Shown: positions 38,966-48,846 of the stretch, in pieces | How positions within the stretch are numbered: position 1 is the stretch's first letter | Layout of the letters: the number at the start of each line of letters is the position of its first letter | Assembly: GCA_965222375.1 (NCBI GenBank) | Contig: CBDCTZ010000015.1 | Coordinates: forward strand, 1,248,001-1,312,000 | Reading direction: 5' to 3' | Source of the DNA: Polyangiaceae bacterium | Lineage (GTDB): Bacteria; Myxococcota_A; Polyangia; Polyangiales; Polyangiaceae | DNA: 64,000 bases | The notes under the pieces: generated by a model | What the model was told of the DNA's origin: nothing | What the model saw: the letters and a program-made list of their open reading frames with translations, nothing else | The model's database searches: none | Translations under genes and position numbers: made by a program

Positions 38966-39064
38966 CCTAGGCTCCGCAGCCCGCCCCCGCGCCATCGTGC
39001 AGCTTGGACGATGGCGCAATGACACCATTTTGAGTAGACCGAGCGTGAGGGGCGCGGAGTTTCG

Positions 39065-40225
39065 TTGGCGATGCAGCTGCAGAAGATACAAGGCAGACGG
39101 CTTCGCCCGACGACTATGGGCGGCGGCACCGCGGCAATTCTCATCGCCATCGCGATTGCCTTTCTGGGCGTGAGCACGCTGCCGCCCGACGTGGACAGCG
39201 TGCGCTGGGCCAAGGTGGGCCTGATCGCAGCCTTCCTGTTGGCGATGGGCCGGCACGCGCGTCGCTCGCTGACGCGCCGCTCGCAGTTCTTATTGTTGCT
39301 CCCGATCGTGTTCGTGGTGATCGCGGTAGCTACTGCGGGGGTAGCCGCCTGGGTGGCCAAAGCGTCAGCGCTGACGGCGTTCATTGCCACCCTGGTGGCG
39401 GTGGTGATGCTCGCCGGCGGCCGCGGACGCGGTACACCCGGCTTCGGCTGGGCCGCATCCCTCGCCCGAAGTGCGACTCGCGCGGAGCACGCCGCAGAGC
39501 CCGTTGAACTCGCTGCGGACGAGGGCGGACTCCGCATCGGAACGGCCGATTCTGCCGACAGCCAGACCTACTGCGCCTTCGAAGACTTGGCACCCATCGC
39601 GGTCACTGCGGAGGTGGGCAAGGTGAAAGCAACCCTTGTCGACTTCACCGGTGACGAACTGATGAAGCTCGAGCTGACAGACTCGGAATCGATTTATCAG
39701 CTGGAGGCATTGGTGCACTTGCAGCGGACGCGGCGAAAAGCTTTCCAGCAGCTCGACATTGACGACTCCCTGGTGCGGCAGGAGTCCTTCGCCGACTTTT
39801 TGAGGCGCGTGCGACGCCTGGCACACGGCGACGCTTACCGCGGCGCGATTTCCGATGAAAAGCTACGCCGGGCGTTCAAAGACGTTGCGGCGCCTCGGGA
39901 ATCTCGAGCCGCAGCGGGCTACCTGCTAGCGCGCCGCGATCCCGCGTGGCTTCGGTCACATTTGTCCCCCGCCACGCCACCACTGGTCGCAGGCTTCATC
40001 GCCGCGACAACCGAGGGCTCGCAGCTGCTGAGGCAGACGGGCGCGACCGCCGCCCTGGCGTGGCTGGACGAAGAGACCCAACGAGAAATCCAGCACGTTT
40101 TGGGGCCCAAGCTTCGGGTCGAGACTGGCGGAGGGCCCCCGCGAACACACGTCGAACTCGAAGAGCCCGTCGAGGCGGTCGATCCTGTGACGCCAAAGCG
40201 GCGCAAGGCGCAGATTCCGAAATGA
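39065..40225 (+). CDS. Hypothetical membrane protein
   Basis: 4 N-terminal TM segments followed by a soluble domain; start uncertain. Confidence 0.7.
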   Translation: MAMQLQKIQGRRLRPTTMGGGTAAILIAIAIAFLGVSTLPPDVDSVRWAKVGLIAAFLLAMGRHARRSLTRRSQFLLLLPIVFVVIAVATAGVAAWVAKASALTAFIATLVAVVMLAGGRGRGTPGFGWAASLARSATRAEHAAEPVELAADEGGLRIGTADSADSQTYCAFEDLAPIAVTAEVGKVKATLVDFTGDELMKLELTDSESIYQLEALVHLQRTRRKAFQQLDIDDSLVRQESFADFLRRVRRLAHGDAYRGAISDEKLRRAFKDVAAPRESRAAAGYLLARRDPAWLRSHLSPATPPLVAGFIAATTEGSQLLRQTGATAALAWLDEETQREIQHVLGPKLRVETGGGPPRTHVELEEPVEAVDPVTPKRRKAQIPK

Positions 40226-40244
40226 GGCGCCACCCGGCGCGGGT

Positions 40245-41108
40245 CTAGGGCTTCGCGTTCTTTGCTTTGGCGGACTTCCACTCCGCGGGAATGGGACGCT
40301 GCAACCCGCGCCGTGGGGATTTGACGCGCGCCTTCCAAACGCGAGAGCTCCTCCGCTTGGTTTTGGCTTTCGTATCCTTTGCTGCATCGTCAGCGGCGGG
40401 TTCCGCCTCGACGAGCGGTAGGTCATCGAGGGACAGCACTTGCCCAATGGGATCGGGTTCTGGCACGAGAACGGCTCCGGGCGCCTGGTACGTCGGCGCC
40501 GGTGCAGCTTGCGTCCCAATCGGGACACCGTCCTTATCCACGGGAACCGCCGCGTGGGGAACGAAGCGTGTGCTTTCGGTTGCAGCAAGAAGGCCGCTGC
40601 CCGCCAGGAAGGCGATGGCGAAAAGGGCGACCACTCCCACGGCAATGTCGAGAGGGGTCAATCGATGTTGCCGAAAGCGCTGCAGCAAGCTCTCGGGCGG
40701 TGGCGGTGGCGCGACGGGCACCGGCTGTCGCGGTTGACTCCACGCCAGCAGATCCGGAGGAGTGTCTCTGGGGGGTGACAGATCGGGCAAGCCATTCAGC
40801 CTGGGCACTAGAGGCGGTGACGCAAAGTCTGGCAACTCGTGCGGGGCCATTACGTCCGTACTGTCGCTGTCGTCGAAGCCGGGTATCTGCGGCTTCGGTG
40901 GCAACGAAGTCTGGCGCGGCCGGAGGTTGCGCAATTGAGACAGACTGGGCAGCTTGCGCGTTGCCTCGTCGTCGGAACAAGACAGGTCGAGCAGCTCGCT
41001 GATTTCGCTACGGGGAGGCCGGGCCGGATCGCGTAGAGTCTTGGCGTGCTGTGCGGGTAGGCCCAAGGGGCTGAAGAGCATTCCGGAGAGCTTCAGCGTC
41101 CGGTTCAT
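40245..41108 (-). CDS. Pro-rich single-pass membrane protein
   Basis: Disordered Pro-rich N-terminus, one TM (IAVGVVALFAIAFLAG), basic tail. Confidence 0.65.
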   Translation of the reverse strand: MNRTLKLSGMLFSPLGLPAQHAKTLRDPARPPRSEISELLDLSCSDDEATRKLPSLSQLRNLRPRQTSLPPKPQIPGFDDSDSTDVMAPHELPDFASPPLVPRLNGLPDLSPPRDTPPDLLAWSQPRQPVPVAPPPPPESLLQRFRQHRLTPLDIAVGVVALFAIAFLAGSGLLAATESTRFVPHAAVPVDKDGVPIGTQAAPAPTYQAPGAVLVPEPDPIGQVLSLDDLPLVEAEPAADDAAKDTKAKTKRRSSRVWKARVKSPRRGLQRPIPAEWKSAKAKNAKP

Positions 41109-41314
41109 GGGCTGGTTGCGAGGGTAGGGCGTGGGGAGCCCGGATGGCATATTGCGTTGGTTTTCACGCATCTTGTCGCTCCTGCGTACAGCGACACTGC
41201 AAAAACCGATCCGACCCACAAACGCCGACAATGTGGGCTCCCCACCTACGTTATGAGACCACTGAGGTCACCCTGACCGGCGCGAAGCGCGACCCTGAAT
41301 GTCACAGCGCGCCA

Positions 41315-42421
41315 CTATTGCAAACGCACACCGAGAACGAAGAACACGAATGCACCGATGGCGAAGTGGGACAGCGTCACCCCCAACAGGTGGCGCTTGC
41401 GGTGGAACATCCAGCCCCAAAACAGGCCCGGGATGAACGCCATCGCGGCGAAGATGAACGACATGTGCAGGTGGTTCACCGAGAACATCAGCGCGGCAGC
41501 CACGATTGGGGCGACGGTTCGTCCGCGGCCCGAGAGAAAGTCTTCCAGGCTGGCTTGCAGGGCGCAGCGCACGATGAGCTCTTGGACCAAGGCCGACGCT
41601 GCGTAGATGATGAGCAGCACGCGAATGTCGGGATCGGCGAGTCGCGCGGCAATGTCTGTGTGCTCAAAAAGTAATGTCTCTCGCCAACCGGGCACGATCC
41701 GGATCAGAGACCACTTCAGCCCCACCAAAAGCACGGCAAAGATGGGCGTGAAGATCGTGGACTCGAACAGCGAGCCGATCAGGTTCCGAAACCCGAGCCC
41801 AAAACGCGACAGAGGCCACCCTGTACTACGAAGAAAGCGAACGCTGGAGTAGCCGAAGAGCGCAATCACCGGCAAGCTGATGTAGGTCGTACTGGCGCTG
41901 GGCCAGGTGGCACGAAGCCAGGGCAGCGCGCTGAGCAAGACGGCGTAGCCGCATAGCAGCACGAGGCTCTTGATGAGCAGCTCGCCCATCGCGGCCCGCT
42001 CCTGCGCGTGCTCCAAAGACAGAGCGCTCTTCACTCGCAGCCGAGACGCCATGGCTCGGGCGACGTTCGCGAGCAACCTCGGTTCGGTTTCAAGTACGTC
42101 CTTGGGCAGCACCAGAACCTTGCAGGGCTCCGTGGCCCGAATCGTCACCGCTCGACTGCGCCCCTCGACGGCAGCCCCTTGCTCACCGATCAGTTCACCG
42201 GGCTTGAGATCCCCCACCACGTATTCGGTGCCCCGGCGGTCGCGGCGCAACACCTCCAGGCTACCGCTCAGGAGTGCAAACAACTTCTTGGCTGTCTCGC
42301 CCTCCCGCGTCAGCACCTCGCCCCTCTCGAGGGTCGCCTCTTTCGCGACGGCCTCCACCTTGGCGTGCTGCTTGCGCGAGAGCCCGCGCACCAGGGGCAG
42401 ATCCTTGTCAATACGCAACAC
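41315..42421 (-). CDS. cNMP-binding domain fused to CPBP (CAAX/Abi) intramembrane protease-like domain
   Basis: GEVLTREGE...GELIGE...RSRAVTIRA; then TM helices with QELIVR, FSVNH and SH motifs. Confidence 0.85.
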   Translation of the reverse strand: MLRIDKDLPLVRGLSRKQHAKVEAVAKEATLERGEVLTREGETAKKLFALLSGSLEVLRRDRRGTEYVVGDLKPGELIGEQGAAVEGRSRAVTIRATEPCKVLVLPKDVLETEPRLLANVARAMASRLRVKSALSLEHAQERAAMGELLIKSLVLLCGYAVLLSALPWLRATWPSASTTYISLPVIALFGYSSVRFLRSTGWPLSRFGLGFRNLIGSLFESTIFTPIFAVLLVGLKWSLIRIVPGWRETLLFEHTDIAARLADPDIRVLLIIYAASALVQELIVRCALQASLEDFLSGRGRTVAPIVAAALMFSVNHLHMSFIFAAMAFIPGLFWGWMFHRKRHLLGVTLSHFAIGAFVFFVLGVRLQ

Positions 42422-42537
42422 GACTTGGAGACCTTATTCGAAGTGCGGGAATTACTCACTCGGCATGACAGCCTGCACAACCTGGCGGTGCCCGCGCTGC
42501 GCCGGTGCGCCGAGGGTTCTCATCTCGCTGGCCGGCT

Positions 42538-43293
42538 TCAGGCCTCGAGGAGCTGCACGATTTCGACAAAGCCGCGCTGCTTTGCGTGCTCCAGCGGCGT
42601 GACGCCGTTCTTGTCGGCAATGTTCTTGTCGGCACCGTGTTTCAGCAGCAACGCGACGATCTCTTGGTGGGCTTTGCCCCCGTCGGAAAGGACGATTGCT
42701 TCGAGAAGGGCTGTCCAGCCCAGGTTGTTCACGTGATTGACATCGACAGAGGTCTCTTCCAATAGCTTTTGGACCGTAGAAACATGACCGCGCTCCGCGG
42801 CCGGAATCAAGGCGGTGCCGCCATAACCGTTGAGGATCGTCACATCGGGCTTCCGCGGGATGAGCAGGTCCAGGATTGCGTCGGCACCTATCGCACCGGC
42901 ATGCAGGAACGGCGTTTGATCGATCAAGCTGTGACCCTCGCCAAAGTGATCGATGTCGGGATTGTGGTTGAGCAGAAAGCCCACGGTCGCAGCGCGACGC
43001 TTCTCGGTTGCCGCCAGCAGCGCCGTCTTGCCCAAGCCGTTGGTGACGTTTACGTCCGCCCCGTCCTTCAGCATGGCTTGCAGAGCGGCGTGGTCACCGC
43101 GAGCGGCGGCGTCCACAAATGCTTCCGCATCGACAAGCACGGCGTCAGCCGCAATGGCATCCGCGACCGCAGCATCGGCCGCCCCGGCGTCGAGGAGCCC
43201 AGCGTCCTCCAGCGGCTTTCCGGCCGGCTCGGCGGTCGAGCAGGCGCCCAGCAGCATGATGACCAGGACGGGCATCAAGTGGGAAGTCTTCAT
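42538..43293 (-). CDS. Ankyrin-repeat lipoprotein
   Basis: Lipobox LGAC; GKTALL, GGTALIPAAERGH, GWTALLEAI, GVTPL. Confidence 0.9.
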   Translation of the reverse strand: MKTSHLMPVLVIMLLGACSTAEPAGKPLEDAGLLDAGAADAAVADAIAADAVLVDAEAFVDAAARGDHAALQAMLKDGADVNVTNGLGKTALLAATEKRRAATVGFLLNHNPDIDHFGEGHSLIDQTPFLHAGAIGADAILDLLIPRKPDVTILNGYGGTALIPAAERGHVSTVQKLLEETSVDVNHVNNLGWTALLEAIVLSDGGKAHQEIVALLLKHGADKNIADKNGVTPLEHAKQRGFVEIVQLLEA

Positions 43294-43407
43294 CGGCACA
43301 AGGTCGACACGCTAGCACTTCGCTCCGCTCCGACCAGGCCCCCGGGACGACAGCCTGGCGACGGCAGTTCCTTCAGCGACCAGCCGATGGAATTCCAATC
43401 GCACGGT

Positions 43408-46194
43408 CTACTGAATCACGATCAGCTCTTTGGTGGTGCTGTCGTAGGCGTAGAGCTGTTTGGCTACCGGGTCGAAGCCGAGCCCATAGTGAGACGAGCT
43501 AGTGCTGAAGGTCGCCAGCTTGTCGGCATAGGCAACCCCACCTGGGTCGCACACGAAGTACACATCGCCGGTGTTGCCCGTGTAGTAGATGAAGTCGATC
43601 TTGCCGTCGTTGTCTTTGTCGTGGCTGGCCATGCCGATCGCGATGGTCGTCAGCGGCCACACATCCGTGATCAGGGTGACGGCGCCATTGCTTCGAGCCA
43701 CTTTGACCAAGCGGTTGCTCAGGCCGCAGGCTACGTAGAAATTAGCGTCGTCCACGCCCAAGCCCCCGCAGTAGTTCTGCCCCAACACGCTGCCTTCGAG
43801 TACGGCGTCGACAGGCGCGGTGCCGGTGGATGGCATTCGCCAGATTTGGGTATCTTGAGATGTGGAGCTCTCGTGGGTGACGGCGAAGATATCGCCCTTG
43901 TAGCTGGTGGCCCCCTGGAAGTCGTCGAAGGGAGAGGTTGGGAACTTCGCGTAGTCGACCAAGGACCAGCTGGTGCCTTTGTCACTACTGATTTGGAAGA
44001 TGCGCTTGGTGGACCCAAACGTCTGCTTGTTCAGAGTGTAGATGTTCTTGTCGTCGACCAGCATCGAGTAGCCGACGGTCCCGGCGCTGAGTGCTGCCTT
44101 CGCATACACGTTTTCCCAAGCGCCGCCGGTCTTCTTGGTGCGGTACAGCGCGTTGGTGCCGCCGATGTAGACCCAGCCCGCAGGGTCGGCATCTGCCTCG
44201 ACGTAGTACTCGGTAAGGAACGTGGTCGCACCGGTGGAGTAGCGCTTCACCGTGCCACCCACCATGCCGTTGGTGCCGGGGTTGCAGGGCGGAGTGATCA
44301 CCGTGAACGTCCACGGGGGCGGCGTAACCGGCTTCTTGCAGGTGGAATCTTCCAGCCCGGTCCAGCTGACCGTCACATTGGCACCGGCGGGCAGCGCGGG
44401 CGAACTGATCACCAGGGTCTTGTTGTTGTTGGACCACTTCAGATTCGCGGGGCTGAGGGACAGATCGTAGCTCAGGGTGGTCGTGCCGTGTTTGAGCGTG
44501 ATGATCCCCTTCGAAGTATTGACCGCCGCGTCGAAGGTCACCTCGAGGTTGGGCGACAGTGTCGTCGTGGTGGAACCGTGCGCCGGCTGGACCACGGTGG
44601 CGTTCCCGGTGAATACCGAGCAGTCGAGCTCCGTGATGTTCACGGTCAGCGGGTTCGACAGGGGTTGACTCCCCGTCGTGGTGTCTCGCAGATAGATGTA
44701 GACGGGTTGGTTCGCCTTGACGGGCGTCTCCGCATCCATCGACGGCTTCGAGTATTCGTTCACGCACGCCAGGGTGGGCGTCATGCTTCCGCAGGTTTGG
44801 TCGGTCACGACCATCGTCCAACGGTTGTTGGCGGGCTTGGTGATGGATATATCGATGCTGCCATTGAAGGTCGGATCGTAGCGCATCACCAGATCTGGCC
44901 CGGTCAGCGTGGAACTACCGCAGGAGGGCTTGGCGATCATGTGGTCCGCCTTGGTAGCGACCCAGTTCACGGTATTTTTACCCGCCTTGACTTCCCAGGC
45001 CGTGCCGCAGTCTTCGCCGGTGATGGGTGCGGTCACGCAGGCAGGAGCTCCGCCCGTGTCGCTGCAGGTCTGGCCAACCGGGCAGGTGTTTACGGTCGTC
45101 CACACCTTGCAGCTGGTGCCAACCAGACTGCAGGTTTGCATCGCGTTGAACTGACAGCGCTGCGCACCGACGGCTGGACAGGGATTGGTGCAGTCCGGCT
45201 CGCAAGCGGCCGTCTGCGGTCCGGTGAGCTGGCATTTCCAGCCGGCGCCCTTGGTTTTGCAGTCCTCTCCGGCCTCGAAAATCAGGCAGCCTTTGGGGTC
45301 CTTCTTGCAGGTGTTGACCACACCGCCGATGCAAGTCTGCAAGCCCTCTTTCGCGCACTGATTGGGGCAGCCTTGAACACACTTTTTCGTCTTGGTGTCG
45401 CAGCTTCCGCCAGTAGCCGCACACTTTTCCGTCGTGGCCCAGTACAGACAGCTGCCATTGGTCTGGCAGGTCTGAAGATCGTTACCGCTGCACCGGGTTT
45501 CGCCGAGAATGTTGCACTGATTCGCGCACGCACCGATGCACTCTGCAGAGCCCTTGGTGTCGTCACAGGTTTGGGCCGTGGACGCGCAGTCTTGGCTTTC
45601 AGACCAAGCCAGGCAGCCCGTTAGGCCGACCTTGCAGGTCTCGATCTGAGTGCCGTTGCAGTGTGACTCGCCTTCTTTGGGACAACCGTCTACGCAGCCC
45701 TCGCACACGGGAGTTCCGCTGACGGCGCTACAGCCCTGGCCAAGATCGGCGCAGTTCGTGGTGGGTTGCCATAGGCGGCAACCCTGGTCGGAATCGTTGC
45801 AGGATTCGATGACGTTGGCGTTGCATTGCTGGCTGCCGATGGTTTCGCACGTGTCGTTGCAGCAGCTGGCGATATCCAGCGTGCAGTCGGCCTTGCAGGA
45901 GACGCCTCCGCCTTTGTAGCCGAACTCGGAACAATCCTTGATGAAGGCGTCGCCGTCGCAGTTCTCGCCCGGCTCGACCACGCCATTGCCACAGGTGCCG
46001 CAGGCATCGCCGGTGCACGCCGAACAATCATCGGGGCAGTCGAAATTCGATTCACCCGCTTCGCATTTGGCGTTGCCACACACGGGGTCACCGCCTTCGG
46101 ACAGGCCCTCCAAGTCCTCCGTCGCGCATCCCGCGAAGACGACTGAAAGCGTCGTCGCGAAAACCACCGCTGCCCAACTGCGTGCACCCTTCAT
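43408..46194 (-). CDS. Large surface lipoprotein: Cys-rich repeats, Ig-like domain, beta-propeller-like C-terminus
   Basis: Lipobox FAGC; CGN repeats, about 5 repeats of roughly 50 aa with 8 Cys, LEVTFDAAVN Ig-like strand, aromatic-rich beta C-terminus. Confidence 0.85.
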   Translation of the reverse strand: MKGARSWAAVVFATTLSVVFAGCATEDLEGLSEGGDPVCGNAKCEAGESNFDCPDDCSACTGDACGTCGNGVVEPGENCDGDAFIKDCSEFGYKGGGVSCKADCTLDIASCCNDTCETIGSQQCNANVIESCNDSDQGCRLWQPTTNCADLGQGCSAVSGTPVCEGCVDGCPKEGESHCNGTQIETCKVGLTGCLAWSESQDCASTAQTCDDTKGSAECIGACANQCNILGETRCSGNDLQTCQTNGSCLYWATTEKCAATGGSCDTKTKKCVQGCPNQCAKEGLQTCIGGVVNTCKKDPKGCLIFEAGEDCKTKGAGWKCQLTGPQTAACEPDCTNPCPAVGAQRCQFNAMQTCSLVGTSCKVWTTVNTCPVGQTCSDTGGAPACVTAPITGEDCGTAWEVKAGKNTVNWVATKADHMIAKPSCGSSTLTGPDLVMRYDPTFNGSIDISITKPANNRWTMVVTDQTCGSMTPTLACVNEYSKPSMDAETPVKANQPVYIYLRDTTTGSQPLSNPLTVNITELDCSVFTGNATVVQPAHGSTTTTLSPNLEVTFDAAVNTSKGIITLKHGTTTLSYDLSLSPANLKWSNNNKTLVISSPALPAGANVTVSWTGLEDSTCKKPVTPPPWTFTVITPPCNPGTNGMVGGTVKRYSTGATTFLTEYYVEADADPAGWVYIGGTNALYRTKKTGGAWENVYAKAALSAGTVGYSMLVDDKNIYTLNKQTFGSTKRIFQISSDKGTSWSLVDYAKFPTSPFDDFQGATSYKGDIFAVTHESSTSQDTQIWRMPSTGTAPVDAVLEGSVLGQNYCGGLGVDDANFYVACGLSNRLVKVARSNGAVTLITDVWPLTTIAIGMASHDKDNDGKIDFIYYTGNTGDVYFVCDPGGVAYADKLATFSTSSSHYGLGFDPVAKQLYAYDSTTKELIVIQ

Positions 46195-46605
46195 GTCCCA
46201 ACAATCCTAAGTAATTTGACGCAACGCGTCATAAGTGTCCTCACGGGACGCTGCGTGTATCCAGTACGTACGAACCGAGTCTTTCTTGCTCACTATTTCC
46301 AAACGCGGCGGCGCCCCCAAACGTCACGCGGGGAGCGAGACTTTCTCGCTCCCAAACCCAGGTAAACGACAACTGCCCACTAAACATGATCCCGAACGCG
46401 GACGGTGCCCATCACAATGATCGCAACGCTCCGTTCGAAGGAGCGCAATGCTCCCTCGGCTGCGGGTACTGCAGGCACCGTGCCATCGAAATGCGCGGAA
46501 TAACCGGTGGTTCTTTGGCACACCCGCCGCTGGCACAGACAGCGCTGGCAGCTAACGCACGCCCCGCCGGCTTGTTCGTCCAATCTGGGTGAAACCTGAG
46601 GGCCG

Positions 46606-47480
46606 CTACGGGTAACTCGCGCGATGCGCGGTCCAAGCGTCGCCAACGAACGAGTCGGTGGTGCCACCGCCGCCAACGACGGGTGGGTCTGCCCCAAAGC
46701 CCATCCAGCGGTCCACGTAGTCGAAGAACGCGTCGTTCTTCCACAGCGGCGCGGCACCCATGATTCGCGCCGCGAGCGCTTCACCGACCCAAGTCCGCGA
46801 GGTGCAGCAGTTGCGGTAGTCGTCACAGGCGTCGATGGCGCCAGCCGGGTCGCGACAGTCCTTGCTGCCGGACCCACTGCACCCATTGGCCTGATACGAG
46901 CTGGTGCAGTCCTGACCGAAGAGCGCGACGTTCGCTTGGCCGGAGTTCTTGCCGTCCCGGATTCCGACATCCCTTGTAGGTCGATGCCCAGCTGTACGTA
47001 GTTGATGAGCAGCGGTTCCAGTTCGGCGTCCGTGTAGTCGAGCATCAACAGAAGCGCTCCTCGACTCACGATCTTCCCGATCTCGCGACCGTAGTTGGGC
47101 ATGTTCCTGATGGGGTGCATTGCGCGGCCCGTCCAGCCGCTACGGTGGTCAACCCAAGGGTGCTCGAAGTGGGTGGCCGATTCGGCGACGACCGAAGCAG
47201 CGGGCCGAGTTGTCAGCGCCAGCTTGGGCAGCAAGCTGCGATTCAGATTACCGGCGCGGTAGCTAGTCTTCTTGCTGCCCGAAAACGCGGGCCTGAACGC
47301 ATCCGCCGACGGCACATCCGATACCGCGGTCAGCACCGAAGCGCGGAGCATGAAGCCGTGACCTGGAGACACGCAATAGCCGGAAATGTCCTCCAGACCG
47401 CCCGACGGACAATCGCTGGCGCTGCCTCGACTCTCCATGGAGACCAGCGACTGCCCGCTAGCCAGCGTCCGACCGCATGT
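46606..47480 (-). pseudogene. Decayed secreted-protein gene (5' truncated, internal deletion/frameshift near 46960)
   Basis: One frame gives AFRPAFSG...HPIRNMPNYGRE...YVQLGIDL; a second frame continues YRNCCTSRTWVGEALAARIMG...FFDYVDRWM to TAG 46606. Confidence 0.65.
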
Positions 47481-47499
47481 CAAAGTCGCCAGCGGGCCC

Positions 47500-47539
47500 T
47501 TGACAGCCCTGCTAACTGTATCTATCTCTGTGACAGTTA
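47500..47539 (+). promoter_or_regulatory. Sigma70-like promoter overlapped by putative Rrf2 operator
   Basis: TTGACA 47500-47505, 17-bp spacer, TATCTC; inverted repeat TAACTGT-N13-ACAGTTA at 47513-47539. Confidence 0.7.
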
Positions 47540-47559
47540 CGCATTCCGGTTCCCCAACC

Positions 47560-47976
47560 ATGCTGTCCAACACCCATTTTTCCATGGCGATTCACGTGCT
47601 CAGCGCACTCGCCTTCAACGATGGGAAGGTCATCGGTTCTGACGACTTGGCGAAGACCGTTGGCACGAACCCGTCGTTTCTTCGCGGGCTAATTGGGCGG
47701 TTGAAGGACGCGGGACTGGTCGAGACCCAGTTGGGCAAGGGAGGCGGCACCCGCTTGGCGAAGCGCCCTTCCAAGATCACGCTGCGTGACGTGTATCGAG
47801 CGACCGAGTCAGGCCCGGCCCTCAAGACTCACGAGTGCACCGACAAGTCGATGTGTCCGGTGGCCGTCGGAATGGGGCCGTTACTGTCTCATGTGAACGG
47901 CCGTATCGAGAAGGCGGTGGAAGCGGAGCTGAAACGGCTGACCGTGGCCGACTTGGTCGCGGACTACGTCGAGTAG
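47560..47976 (+). CDS. Rrf2 family transcriptional regulator
   Basis: FSMAIHVL, LAKTVGTNPSFLR, GKGGGTRLAK, ITLRDVY; two Cys (C...CPV). Confidence 0.93.
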   Translation: MLSNTHFSMAIHVLSALAFNDGKVIGSDDLAKTVGTNPSFLRGLIGRLKDAGLVETQLGKGGGTRLAKRPSKITLRDVYRATESGPALKTHECTDKSMCPVAVGMGPLLSHVNGRIEKAVEAELKRLTVADLVADYVE

Positions 47977-48052
47977 CGAGGGCCACCCCAGGTTTTTTTT
48001 CTATTAAATGTATCTAAGTTACCAACACACCAACAAAAAGAGCTGAGGACAA

Positions 48053-48802
48053 ATGAACAAGAAACTAGAAGGCAAAGTTGCGGTGATCACGGGCGGAACG
48101 ACGGGCATTGGCTTTGCCAGTGCAAAGCGATTCCTCGACGAAGGTGCCAAGGTGATCCTGACTGGGACCAACCCCAAGACCCTGGAAGCAGCGCGTTCCG
48201 AATTGGACGGGCGAGCGCAGGTCATCGCGTCGGACGCCTCGAAGGAACAGGACGTGAAAAACCTGTTCGAACAGGTCGTGAAAGAACACGGCAAGATCGA
48301 CGTGCTGTTCCTCAATGCGGGAATCGCGAAGTTCGCGCCTTGGGAGCAGCACAGCGTCGACGACTTCGACCGCCAGTTCGCCATCAACGTCAAAGGTCCC
48401 TGGCTGGCGATCAAGCACGGCATCCCGGCGCTCAAGGACGGAGCGTCCGTGATCGCCACCACGTCGGTCGTCAATCGGATCGGCATGCCGGGCGCCAGTG
48501 CCTACTCAGCCACCAAGGCGGCGCTGCGACAGCTCGTGCGCAACGCTTCGGCAGAACTGTCCCCTCGCGGGATCCGCGTCAACGCAGTTAGTCCTGGACC
48601 GATCGAGACGCCCATCTTCGACAAGACCGGAGTGCCGCCAGCCGAGCTGGAACAGATGGCTGCGCAACTCCAGAGCCAAGTGCCGCTCGGGCGATTTGGC
48701 AAGTCGGAAGAAGTCGCCAACTTGGCGCTATTTCTCGCGAGCGACGAGTCGTCGTTCGTGCAGGGTCAGGAGTTCGCCATCGATGGCGGGATGACTGGAT
48801 GA
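48053..48802 (+). CDS. Short-chain dehydrogenase/reductase
   Basis: TGGTTGIG, LNAG, YSATK, IRVNAVSPGP; GAGG SD upstream. Confidence 0.95.
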   Translation: MNKKLEGKVAVITGGTTGIGFASAKRFLDEGAKVILTGTNPKTLEAARSELDGRAQVIASDASKEQDVKNLFEQVVKEHGKIDVLFLNAGIAKFAPWEQHSVDDFDRQFAINVKGPWLAIKHGIPALKDGASVIATTSVVNRIGMPGASAYSATKAALRQLVRNASAELSPRGIRVNAVSPGPIETPIFDKTGVPPAELEQMAAQLQSQVPLGRFGKSEEVANLALFLASDESSFVQGQEFAIDGGMTG

Positions 48803-48816
48803 GTCGCGGGCGCAGT

Positions 48817-48839
48817 CGGCGGCGGGTTCCCCGTCGCCG
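48817..48839. terminator. Hairpin between convergent genes
   Basis: CGGCGGCGGG-TTC-CCCGTCGCCG; no U-tract. Confidence 0.4.
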
Positions 48840-48846
48840 CACTGCA

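Noticed and set aside
42769..45624. 951-aa plus-strand ORF
   Set aside because: Antisense shadow of the 43408-46194 lipoprotein and ankyrin genes, typical of high-GC DNA.
46331..46353. GGGAGCGAGA/TCTCGCTCCC hairpin as intrinsic terminator
   Set aside because: No U-tract downstream on either strand; function unsupported.
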